Part shown: positions 13,896 through 26,284 of the stretch, piece by piece
How positions within the stretch are numbered: the first letter of the stretch is position 1
Layout of the letters: each line of letters opens with the position of its first letter
NCBI RefSeq assembly: GCF_008831285.2
Contig: NC_045138.2
Coordinates: 42,966,001-43,030,000, forward strand
Direction of reading: 5' to 3'
Source of the DNA: Nymphaea colorata
Lineage: Eukaryota
Length of the DNA stretch: 64,000 bases
Position numbers and translations under genes: made by a program
Notes under the pieces: generated by a model
Told to the model about the DNA's origin: nothing
Databases searched by the model: none
The model's input: only the letters and a program-made list of their open reading frames with translations

Positions 13896-14339
13896 GGACC
13901 CTTGATAATATCTGTTAATTTATGACATAATGACTTTCATAGAAGCAGTCAAAAATGTCTAATCTATGACAATAATTTTTATAGAAGCAGTCGATAATGT
14001 ACATTAGAGCATAAGTCTAAAATGCATATTTATTGTCCTATATATGGGTATAGTTAACATATTACCTATTGTGTCAAATATCAATGAGGGAGCTTGCTAA
14101 TATATTCTTGTCTAATATGGTTCACAGGAGGACCAATTGAATCCATACAGCTCTATAACAATTAAACAACTTTGATCATGAGAATGTGCTTACAGTTAAA
14201 CATAGAAACAAAAAAATGTTTATAATATAATACTTACGAGGAGTTTGTAAAACAGCCATGTTCATATAACTCATGCATAAATATGGATGGCATACATGTG
14301 TCAATTGGACCATTTGTTACAAGAAAAAACTCAAGTCAT

Positions 14340-16720
14340 TCTTGAGAATAATTTTCTTCCCTCTTCTGCCTTCTCTTGCCCTATTTTTCTAGTGTACTTT
14401 ATGTCTTATGGTGACTCCTATAAGATCTTGGCTTCCTCTTCAAACCATTGACTGTCTCTATCATGTTGACATACATTATAACATTGTTCTTTGACTTAGC
14501 AAAGGTTATATTCATACCAGAACCATGCCTCCTCTTCTCCAATGGGTCTGAGGTGGAGGGACTTGTTTTGTCAGGCTGGCATTTACAATGTCATCGCTGT
14601 CATGGCATAGTGTCGGCACATTCGCTAGTGCTTTGTTTGCCAATTGCCTCATGTATTCATAATTTTGATTGTTTCTTGCTGCTAGGTCAGCAATACATAT
14701 GAATGTTCTGCATAGAAGCTAGTAGGGGGCATGGGGGCATCACTTAGGTCATTGAATGAAATTTCAAGATTTCTCCTTAATATCTCCAACTTTACATTTT
14801 TTTGTTCATCTTCTCATGATATACATATCTGTCAGTTCTCTTATGTTCTCGTGATTGAGTGTCTTCAAAGCATGACATCCAAACATTCAATAACAACTAT
14901 TTCGACATGGTATGTCAAGTATGCATCATTGATATTAGTGGAATCTGCACCATAAAATATTACATAGTATGTGCAGCCACTTCATTGCTGCACATATAAC
15001 TAGACATGGTATGTCAAGTATGCATCATTCATATTAGTGGAATCTTCACTATAAAACATTACATAGTATGTGCAGCCACTTCATTGCTGCACATATAACT
15101 CTATGTGGCAATTAATCGCTTGATTTGTGTCTTCCTTAAACCATTCAAATACAGTTTGTATGGACATAGCTGCAGCTTGGACCAAGATATTCATACCCAT
15201 AGTTTGATGTCGTGATATGAATGTTTTCACATCTTATTCGAGCTCATAGCCCCCAACACTATCTACAAATGTGTTATAATATTACATGAATGTGATATTT
15301 GTAAGCAAAGGTACACTCTCCTTTTCAATGCAACATGTATACTTTTTGTATGTTTATCATGCATATGCAAAAGTATTGTCTTTCATATGCAATGCCTGCT
15401 TTTCTTTATCCTTATATAACTTTTGAAGCCGCGTATTTTCTTCTAGGTCATATGTTTTGAATTATTTGTTTCCATATGGATTCAAATGTCTCACCATCTT
15501 TGTTCTAAAGGACGCATTTTATAAAACTCTCCTTGAAGCCAATCTTCTGATTTAGTATGTGACTTATGTTTTTCTCTGCATTTTGGAATACATGCCACAA
15601 GCATGGTCGATGATGTGCCCCTGGCCATATGAGGGACACTATTGATGTTATTGCATTGTCATCATCTGTAAGTACAACCTTAAGGTGATTTCGATTCATT
15701 CCCTGAGTGAATGCCTTGAACAGCCACTCTAATGATTCAAAGGTCTGATTGAAGCAGAATACACCTTTGAACAACCTTTAAAGTGATGGTTTATCCCTAT
15801 AAACTAGATCAAGGGCCAACCATATGTATTGACCTTCACAATTGTGTAAAAAATGAGAACATGATTGAAGAATTCATAATCTATCCTTGACCTCAAGTCT
15901 ACCCATAAAACCTTTGTATCATAACCATCCTCATTCACTTCAATGGCATTTTAGGACCATGTTTCTTTGCTTAATCTTTTCTAAACGCAATCAAATAATG
16001 CCAAAAAAATTCTATCCTTCATCATTTTATCCTCTTTCTCCTCAATTCCTTTCAATAATCCATGCATGTGAATTATATATTCTCACAACCACCATCTAAT
16101 TTAACAAAAAAATATGTCTTTCTTGGTGGAAGGTGTACACCATGAGCTAGGTCAGTTATTTCAGAATGTGATGCTGACAATTTGCGATGCGATGTGAACA
16201 TGCAACTCCTGTGAGGAAGTACCCAGGAATGGTTGTATTCACTTGTAAATATGTGAATATAATATTTTTCATTTGAAAGCCTTCCCAACACCAATTTGAC
16301 CATACTACTGCACCTTTTATCAACCATGCACTTCTTTACACATGGAGCTGATCTCTTCGATCTTGTGAACAAACAATGATCTACTCACAATCATTCTCTG
16401 TGCGTTTTTGCCACTCCTACACTTCCTTACACTAAACCGATGTCCCAAAGCATAAGAATTGTAAAAATTGTATGTTTTATACTCGATATGGAACTGTATT
16501 CCTACAGCAAGAGCACGTTCATTTGTGTTCTTCATCTCATTGTAGCGGTACTTATTCTATTCTTTGTCGCCATTCAAAGAAAATGAGATGACATGTATTG
16601 TGTCATTTGCAATAGATAAAGTCCAGATGTCTGATTCATTCTCTTCTTCATCACCATTCAATGATGCCGATATTACATACACGATGCCATCTACAATGGA
16701 TAAAGTTTGTGTGTCAAATA
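14340..16720 (-). pseudogene. FAR1-type MULE transposase pseudogene
   Basis: FAR1 DNA-binding motif VGIQFHIEYKTYNFYNSYALGHRFSVRK; MULE domain NQTFESLEWLFKAFTQGM...VVLTDDDNAI...HHRPCLWHVFQNAEKNI; a degenerate SWIM-like region near 14850. Multiple stops and frameshifts. Confidence 0.88.
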
Positions 16721-16729
16721 GCATTGAAC

Positions 16730-16945
16730 ACTATCTCAGACACATTATCTCATAGATCAACTCAAATACATCATCTCATGCATTTGTTATCTCAGGAATA
16801 TTATCTCATGCATGTTGTCTCACACACATTACCTCATGCAGTCATTATCTCATGTGTTGTCTTAGACATTATCTAAGACACACACTCGTTATCTCATGTG
16901 GATGATCTCACATAGGTTATCTCATGCAGTCACTATCTGATGTGT
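16730..16945 (+). repeat. Irregular cluster of TTATCTCA motifs upstream of the transposase
   Basis: About ten (T)TATCTCA-like motifs lie within ~210 bp. Confidence 0.75.
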
Positions 16946-17511
16946 AAGACATTGCACTAATGAACAACATGGTAAACCGTGAAGGCAGTATTACCTAGTA
17001 TTGACACACTATACCTATTGCTTCCATATTTTCTTCCCTTTTTGTTTTGCTTTCACCTTCAGAGACTTTAGAAGTGCTCATTCGATTTATCAAATGTCCA
17101 TCCATACAAAAAAAAATCAGACCATGCAGAACCCATTGCCTTTGTCATTTAATATTGATGAAAAAGAAAGCACAACTACATCATTATGAGCTCCATATCA
17201 TCTCCTTTTGATGACATTTTTGCTACTTTTGCTTCGGAGCCAAGCTTTTCTCAATGACAACATCCTCTTCCTTCCTTCAACTAAAACCTCTCTCTCTCTC
17301 TTTTCTCTTGTAGATTGTCCTTTATGGTGGAAAAAAAAAAGCTTGTTAAGGATGTCTGTTGTATCCATATACTACTGGGAATTCAAGTAAATATGCACAT
17401 TGTACCTTCTCTATCACAAAGGTAAATACTGAAAGTTCATATATAACTAGTAGGGTCCACCCCTATGTACCATTATTTTGTGCATAGGGTGGTGCATAGA
17501 ACATTCTCTCC

Positions 17512-19380
17512 CCTAGATCAGCCTAGGCCAAATCGAAGTTAAATTTTGTAATTGCACATTGAACCCAGTATTCCAACTTGGTAGGCAAGTGACGAGTTTT
17601 TCTAACAAATAGTAAAGGTGACATGCTAATAGATGTCTTATCCACATTTAGATGCATTGACCAATATTTCTGATACGTTCTAACCATTTCCTATGATATT
17701 TATCTGATCTCACAATTTGAGACCTCGAGTTATCCATTCATCTATGGTGGTAAAGGGTGGTAATGATATGGTGCATAGAGCACTTTAGTGAAGGGAACTT
17801 ATACCTTGATGAAGTGCTTATCCCTCATAAAGATGATGGAGCATCACATTTCAAATTTGTTGAAGATATTATGCTTAATAAACTTAAGTACAAGCTTGTG
17901 ATCATTGGCCCAGTAGTATGACCTCAACCCACTTGGGTAGATAGTCCATCACAACCAAAGTATACACATCCAATGGAAACAAACTCATAATATATTCAAT
18001 CCCACAAACATCAAATATTTCTATAACTATAATAGGTGTCATTGACATCATCTATCACATTTTAATGATGTCATTTTGCTAGCACCATGGACATTCAACA
18101 AGTCTTGCAAAACTCAAGAGCCACCCATATGTTATTAGCCATCAAAATTTAGACTAAAACTTTATGTTGTATTCTTGCGGCTAGAAAAGTAGCCCAACAT
18201 GCAAAAGAAATTCAAAAATACAACATGCAATGACATTCCTCCTCCAGAATGCACCATCAAATCACTTAGTTCTCAAATAGAATTAACTCTGTATCATCCA
18301 AAGAGTAATGTCGAGAATGTAAAACAAGATAGTCTCTCTTAGCTTGATCTATCACTTTGGACCCTTCCAATCAATATGTATTTTAACAATATTTGCATGC
18401 TAAGGGAGCTTGGAAATCCTTAAGAGATGATCATTAGGAAACTAATCATTTATCTACCCCTCTTCACAAGATGTCTCAATGGTAGATTGGGATAGCTGAT
18501 TTGCTAAAAGCATGTACTCAAGCTACATATATCTTGAATTCCAGATTGAAATTTTGTAATATTAGGATCCATCAAATCAGCATGGGCTTGCATATTTTTA
18601 CTCATTAACACAACATTATCTAAGAAAAGCATAATCTTCGAGCCTAAAAGGTACGACCAGAATTTTCACAAGGTAGAGACCACATGACTAGTTGTTTTTT
18701 GTGGTGGCAAAATTAAGTTGAGCATCATAGAGGCTCTTGCCCATGTAGTAGATGATGAAAGGTTTATGAGTGTCATCTCTTTGTGCTAGGATGGCTCCAA
18801 CGGCATAGTCAAATTTGTCACATGCTATCTTAAATAGCATGTTCCAATCAGGTGAATGCAACAAACATCAAAGTCTGCTTCTTGGTGTTGAAGGTCTACA
18901 AGCACCCGTTTGTGACATTAAATACATGCTCTTTAGTCAACAATTCACAAAGTAGTCTAGTTACCTTGCTCAAATCCTGAATAAATCATTTGCATTCTAA
19001 CATGCCTAGCAAAGGACTAGACTATTGAAGCCATTGGACAATGAAAATGAGATTTCAGGGGCTGGCAGATTCTATGAAGAATTTTGGCAATAAGTCAAGC
19101 ACTTTTCTTGCCTTTTCCAACGATTTTTAGACTTGAAAACATACCAAGTGGTAGAAAATATAAAGTGCAGTTGACACCCAACCATAGAAAAATTAAAGAA
19201 ACAAATACAAGACAAAACGTAAAAGAGACACAAAGTTGCGCTAATTGAGATGCTTCTTCAAAGTTTTCTAGTACAATAAGGATGTCATTGGTGATCTTTC
19301 CAAGGAAGCTACTTCCTCTTTTTCAACTATTCTTTAGCCTCCACACACTCTGTCAACCCTAGCCTCATACCTGCAGTGGA
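17512..19380 (-). mobile_element. Athila-like Ty3/Gypsy pol remnant (RT end, RNase H, integrase core)
   Basis: Minus-strand motifs LVVMDYLPKWVEVI (cf. LVAVDYVSKWVEAI), RHLPTKLEYWVQCAITKFNFDL (cf. [22 protein letters not shown]) and YYMGKSLYDAQLNFATT. Heavily disrupted. Confidence 0.8.
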
Positions 19381-21632
19381 GTGTCAATAGAAACAATGCA
19401 CAAAAACAAAATCCAAACAAACAATTCAAAGGACCAACTTGTCACACCTATAAAACTACCAATTAGATTGATACTCATGAATAGAATTATTTTAAAAAAA
19501 AAAACCAAAGTGACTGTAATATAAGTCACCTACGAATCAAGGATCCACCTATGAATGTGAACCAATAAACAATAAAGAAAGTAACCTAAAACAATCAAAC
19601 ATGGACCAAACATGTATGTGCACATGAAATCTTAGTGCACATCACTAAAGCCTATTAAAAATAAAGTCCAAACTCAATTGGAAACATGAAGCCCAGCTTA
19701 GATAACCCTCATTCTATGCCTAGAAATGTGCAACCAAGGTTGCTAATGAGAGACAACATAAGACATTGACAAATTTAAAAAAAAAATCAATAGCAGACTC
19801 GAAAGAACCCTAAAACCGTTAATGCAAAGACAACAAAAATATTATCAAAAAACATGATTGGAAAATGCAAAAGAGTACCAAAAATTCACCTGAACGAAAC
19901 CTAGGAACACCTCTATGACATTCACAATATCCAAACCATATGAAGAACAAAAGAAAATCATGGTTTTTACTGTGCAAAACTGATCTTGGACGGACATTCC
20001 ACATGGTAAAAGTGTTGGTGAGAATATGCAAAAACTGATTCTCAATGTTTGAATTTTAATGCCAGAAAAGCAATCAAACACAACTGAATGCAAATTAAAC
20101 ATAGACCAGTCCCTAGATTACCTACAAAAAAGTTGAAGAGTAAGACACACTATTGTTGTTAGTATAGCAACCAGCAAGCAGCAGAACATAGATTAGACCC
20201 TAGAATACTTACAAAAAAATTCAAGAGCAACAGAAACAAATGATATTAGTGTACCATCCAGCAAGCAAGTGGCTGAATTTCATGCTATTGGCTGATGCAC
20301 AAGCAAGACACTGGTGGTAGGGTTTTTCTCCAATTTTCTACAGTGAAATTAACAAAACTAAAAAACCTAGACTACCAACAAATGAAATATAATATCTAAC
20401 ATGATTACCTAACCTAAATGATGTAGAAAATAGAAACAATAAATAAGAAAAGCAAACTAAGATAGAACCCTAACTGACGACGCATTCAACCAAAGAAAAC
20501 ATGCGTACAAAACAAATTTTTGTACCGTAATGCAAATACTATGTTCTAAAGAACAAGATAAGGAATACTCACCTTGTTGTTTGGAAAGAAGGCTGAGATG
20601 ATCTCTCCAAGAAAGTACACCTCCCATAAGCTTGACACCAAGAATAGCTCCTTTGCTTGCACCAATGTTGAGGGGTGTGCAAGATTTAAGGATGAAGAAA
20701 AGAAGGAAGGGAAGAATGGATCACTCTCACTATTGAGAAAGCCAAGGTTCTTCTCACCATGGATTGCCAAAAAAGAGCAAAATACTGCAACATCACCAGG
20801 GAGGGATGCCAAAGTCATTTTCCTAAGTTCAATCTCTCCCCACTGAGCAATCCAAGGTTCTTGTCATTCTGGATTGCCAATGAAACCAATTTGCTAACTT
20901 GGATAAATTTAAAAAACTACAAGTTGAAGCCTTTACACACTTCTAAAACAAAATTGGTATATAGAACAGACTAACTTAGATTTTTGGGAAGTAGATCCAT
21001 TTGGAGGAAAAGCTTGTGGGAAAAATTGAAGTACACAATGATTTTTGCATTTAAAGAACATGTTTTTGTTTTTTGCTCGATTTTACCAATTTTAATTCTG
21101 TTTTTGCTCAAATTTAAACCCAAGTTTCTTAGTACCTCTTTCACAACAAACATAGGCTTTTGAATAATAAAAACACAAAAAATGCATGAAGAATGTAAAG
21201 AACTAGTGCAAGTGTTGCAATATTATGTTGCTTACCTAAGTTCACATGCCACTTCTTGGTGTTCAACACTATTTTTTAATCTTGATAATATACTGGTCAA
21301 GAATTGGCTGGCCCTGCACCAACTACCACAACACCTACCCAATATTCATAAAAAGTAGTCAAGCATTCCTCCACAAACATTTTTTCACCTTCTATTTGTC
21401 TTCTGCGTCCTAGCTGATAAGGATTATTTGTGAACTTAATGTATGCATGGATGATGTTTCATATTCAAAGACAGCTTGGTGATGTGTTTCTCATCCAAAT
21501 ATACAATACACACATCGATAACTTAACAAATCAACACAAATATCACATTAGAAAGTAGTAATAAATCACAATTTACTTGTACAATTGGCTGTGAACCACC
21601 TGGACTGCTATTGGTATGCACCCTATACATCC

Positions 21633-23109
21633 TGTTGGAAAGTAAATATAATCGGAGGTGATTATTAGCATTTTCTTTAACTTGGTGATGTTATTATTCC
21701 TTTTCATTATTTTTAAGTTCAGGCCTTCTTTAATAATTTATGTTTAGACATGAATTAGTTTTGTAAGTTTTATAGTTGCTTCCCTAATCTCTTTTAATGT
21801 GAGATTAAGGTCAATATGAAGGCAGTTTTTCTCTCTCCAAATCTCTAGTTGCAGCATGGTATCAGAGCCTTGCACGAGTTTGGGACCTCTGTCCGATGAC
21901 TAAGGTTGCTATCCTTCTTCTTCATCATCATCATCATTTTCTTCTTGTTGTTCTCCTCCTCCTCCTCCTTCTTCTTCCCCTCTCCTTTCTCACACCTTTT
22001 TGTCTACTGATCTCTTAGGCATGAAGTGAGTCAGTGGCTGTTGAGGGTGTAATCATGCTAAGACAAAAACATGTTGTGGTGATTAATTGCCCTAATTTGA
22101 TTGCAGCCTGTGAGCAGCATGGTTCTTCATAGAAATCTCCAATCATGATGTAGCATGGATTTGCTAAGACAAAAATATATTGCGTGCACATTAGTGAAGA
22201 TATGAGGTGTGAGTTGCTGGTCGCACAACATGGTTTTAATCAGATGCCCTTGGTCTTTCCTATTAGCCTAGTAGATAAAGAGGTTGTTTTGATGTTTATT
22301 GTCATTGGTTCCACCTTCAATTGACCTACTACTCACTGTGGATATGATTTTTAGATGTGGTGTGATCTTGATGGAATTTTGTGGTGCGATTTTGATGTAG
22401 ATTGCAATTGATTGCTCACTATAGATGTGATTTTCAGATTTTCTGTCAATTTAATTATTTTTTTCATTGTTGATTTCATATTACTGATGAATCTTCCTAA
22501 GTGCTGTTGATGTTAAAAGGGAATCATAGTTGTAGTCTGCAGTATGATTGTTGTAACCTGTGGTCTCTTTTCCTAGATTTAGCGCAGCTGAATTCTTTTG
22601 TTACTGGAGAAGATGTGTGGCCGTTGGATTTTGTTTATTAGTCATGTTTGTGCTTCAACCAAAATTGAATTCCTCGCATTGGTGGTGATTTGGGACATAT
22701 TATAGGTTGTGTGGTTCTAATGGCTGCAATTAAGAATGATGAAGGTTGACCCAATCAACGGGCTGAATACCCTGCTATCTCTTTCCTAGAGGTTGATGAT
22801 TAAACTTGATGGCTCTAATTACGAAATATGGTCACGAACCTTTATGATGTTTGTTCTGGGGCATTAGAAAGACCATATTATTGAAGAAGATGAACCAGCA
22901 CATAAAATTGGGAAGTATAACACAAGGAAGAACTATAGCCTAGATTATGAATAGTGCGCAGTCCTACATTGCCAATGGACTTTGCTATTATAGGACTGCA
23001 AGCACATGTGGGAGTCCTTATTGAAAACCAACTCCTATGACAAGAATGTGAGCTGAATCCTACATGTGGAACAAGAAATCTTCAAGCTCCAACAGGGAGA
23101 TTAGGACTT
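21633..23109 (+). mobile_element. Duplicated 5' portion of Copia A (LTR 21633-21856, PBS, truncated gag)
   Basis: TGTTGGAAAG...GCAGCA LTR followed by the PBS TGGTATCAGAGC; gag motif IKLDGSNYEIWSRTFMM. Confidence 0.88.
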
Positions 23110-23369
23110 GACAACATAAGAGGTTCACAAATAACAAGAAAATTAACAGTAGACTCCAAGGCACTCTAAAACCACGAATGCAATGACAACAAACATATTA
23201 TCCAAAAACTTGATTGGAAACAGCAAAAGAGTAACAAAAATTCACCTGAACTAATCCTAGGAACACCTACATGACATTCGCAACATCGAAACCATATGGA
23301 GAGCAAAAGAAAATCATGGTTTTTATTGTGCAAAACTAATCTTGGATGGGCATTTACATGATAAAAGTG

Positions 23370-23818
23370 CCCGACCCACTCCCGGGCTCGGGCCCCTGGT
23401 TCGACGGATCCCAACCTGCCCCCTAGCAATTTCGGTTCTAATCCTAAAAAGACTAGGAACCAGGACAATCATCTCATTAAAGCCTCCCTTTATAAGCCCT
23501 TGAAGATCCCTCACAATCTTCGATACAGGACTAAACTTCTGGGGTGTTACAATCCACCCCCCTTAAAGCACACGCGTCCACGTGTGTGGGACCCCAGGTC
23601 CGAGTGTTGAAACCAGCTTTGATGCCATTATAACAACCCGACCCACTCCCGGGCTCGGGCCCCTGGTTCGACGGATCCCAACCCGCCCCCTAGCAATTTC
23701 GGTTCCAATTCTAAAAAGGCTAGGAACCAGGACAATCATCTCATTAAAGCCTCCCTTTATAAGCCCTTGAAGATCCCTCACAATTTTCGATACAGGACTA
23801 AACTTCTGGGGTGTTACA
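23370..23818 (-). mobile_element. TRIM (terminal-repeat retrotransposon in miniature)
   Basis: Two near-identical ~185-bp LTRs (23370-23551, slightly truncated, and 23629-23818) start TGTAACACCCC on the minus strand. The short internal region has a PBS TGGCATCAAAGC and a PPT AAGGGGGGTGGAT. It is absent from duplicate copy 1. Confidence 0.9.
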
Positions 23819-25898
23819 GTGAGAGTATACAAAAACTATTCTCAGTGGTTTGAAATATTAATGCCAGAAAAAGCAACCAAACACACTCAATGTAAATTGA
23901 ACTTAGACCAGACCCTAGAATACTTACAAAAAGTTGAAGAGCAGCACAAACAATTGCTATTTAGCGTACCATCCAGCAAGCAAGTTGTTGAATTTCATGC
24001 TATTGGCTAGTGCACAAGTAAGTCACTAGTGGCAGGGTTTTTCTCAAATGTTCTACAATTAAATTAATAAAACTAACAAACCTAGATTATCAACAAATCA
24101 AATATAACATCTAGCATGATTGTTTAACCTAAATAATGTAGAAAACAGAAAAATAAATAAGAAACAAAAACTAAAATAAAACCCTAACTAACAATGCATT
24201 CAGCGAAAGAAAACATGCGCACAAAGCAAATTTCTGTACCATAATGCAATTACCACGTTCTAACTAAAAAAGAAGATAAGGCATGCTGATCTTGGTGTTT
24301 GGAAAGAAGCCTGAGATGATCGCCTTCAAGAAAGAACACCTCCCATATGCTTGACACCAAGAAAAGCTCCTTTGCTTGCACCAATATTGAGTAGTGTGCA
24401 AGATTTAAGGATGAAGAAAAGAAGGAAGGGAAGAAGGGTTCACTCTCTCCATTTAGCAAACCGAGGTTCCTCTCACCTTGGATTGCCAAGAAAGAGCAAA
24501 ATACTGCAACATCACCAGGGAGGGATGCCAAATCATTTTCCTAAGTTTATTATTTCTGCATTGGGCAAGCCAAGGTTCTAGTCACTCTAGATTGTGAAGG
24601 AAGAGCAAAAGGTTGCAACACCACCAGGGAGGGATGCCAAAGTTATCTCCTAAGTCCCTTTTATAGAAAAACTAACTCTAATTTGCCAATTAGACAAATT
24701 TAAAAATCAGCATGTTGAAACTTTGACACACTTCTAAAACAGAAGTGATGTATAGAACAGGCTAACTTAGGTTTTTGGAAAGTAGATCAATGTTGAGGAA
24801 AATGTTGTGGCCAAAATTGATGTATACTTCATACTGAAAAAATGATTTTCACATTTAGAGAACATGTTTTTGCTTTTTTTTTCTCTATTTTACAAATTTT
24901 AACTTTGTTTCTGCTCAAATTTAAACCCAAGTTTCTTAGTACCTCTTTCAAGACAAACATAAGCTTTTGAATAATAAGAAACACACCAAAATGCATGAAA
25001 AATGTGAAGAACTAGTGTATGTGATGCAACATCATGCTGCTTACCTAAGTTCACATGCCACTTCTTTGTATCCACCACTATTTTTAATCATGATAATACA
25101 CTAGTTCAATAATTGGCTGGCCCCGCACCACCAACCGCAACACCTACCCACTATGATGTGTCTCACAATATTCATAAGAAGTAGCCAAGTATTTCTCCTC
25201 AAACGTTTTTTCACCTTCTATTTGTCTTTTACATCCTAGCTTAGAAGGATTATATTGTGAGCTTAATGTATGCATGGATGATGTTTCATATTCATAGAAA
25301 GATTGGTGACGTATTCCACATCCAAATATACAATACACACATCAATAACTTAACAAATCAGCATAAATTTCAAATTAGAAAGTAGTAATAAACCACAATT
25401 TACTTGTACAATTGGTTATGAACCACCTGAAATTCAATTGGTATGCACACATCCTTTTGGAAAATAAATCTAGCCAATTAGGTAGTTATTAACATTTTCC
25501 AGAAGTTAGTGATGTTATTATTCCTTTTTATTATTTTTAAGTTCAAGCCTTCTTTAATAATTTATGTTTGGAATTGAATAATTTTTTTATTGTTGTAGTT
25601 TCTACCTTAATCTTTTTTAACATGCGATTAGGGTTAATGTAAAGGCAGTTTTTCTCTCTCCAAATCTCTGGTCGCAGCATGGTATCAGAGCCTTGCATGA
25701 GTTTGGGACCTCTATATGCTAACTAGGGTTTGGTATCCTTCTTCTTCTTCTTCTTCTTCTTCTTCTTCTTCTTCTTCTTCTTCTTTTCCTCTCTCCTTTC
25801 TCTCACCTTTATGATTGCTGATCTCTTATGAGTGAAGTGAGTCAGTGGCTGTTGAGGGATTTAATCATGCTGAGACAAAAACATGCAGCAATGATTAG

Positions 25899-26284
25899 TA
25901 GAGTAGGGCATCAGGCCTGAGTACCTGACAGGTACCTGGCCCAATCGGGCCCAAGTTCAGGCTCGAAAAAACCGGCCTATGCCAGCCTGAGTGGGCCAAC
26001 AGGGCTTGATTTGGCTTGGAAAGTTATTTAATATTATTTTCATTTTTTCAATAGTATATATTTTATTATTAAAAATATTTTTATTCAAAAAATTTTATTT
26101 TATATTTAAAAATAATTTTTTATTTTAACCAGGCCGGGCCGGGGCTGGGCCCAAGCTCGGATTTCAGGCATCGGTTCGGGCCCGAGCTCGGATTTCAGGC
26201 ATCGAGCCCAGGCTTGGGTTTCGGGTGTCAAGTTGACCCGAGCCCGACTCTTATCGAGACAGGCCGGCCCAATGCCCAGACCTA
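25899..26284. mobile_element. hAT-type MITE
   Basis: Ends TAGAGTAGGGCAT...ATGCCCAGACCTA; 8-bp flanks ATGATTAG/GTGATTAA; GGGCC subterminal repeats around an AT-rich core. The empty site GTGATTAA is present in duplicate copy 1 (~22079). Confidence 0.8.

Larger units (their letters stand above)
850..17511. mobile_element. Decayed multi-gene Mutator-like element (PMD + Ulp1 protease + FAR1-type transposase) with a nested CACTA; ends inferred
   Basis: The block interrupts a contiguous Athila integrase and contains a MULE transposase, two known MULE passenger domains and related repeat arrays. No clear TIR or 9-bp TSD was found, so the ends are inferred from the host interruption. Confidence 0.6.

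Noticed and set aside
14340..16720. Domesticated FAR1/FRS transcription factor gene
   Set aside because: It has many stops and frameshifts and is embedded with TE passenger genes inside a retroelement, so it is treated as a transposase pseudogene.
23370..23818. Cassandra (5S rRNA-bearing) TRIM
   Set aside because: No 5S A/C-box-like segment (e.g. AGTACTAGGATGGGTGAC) is visible in the LTRs.
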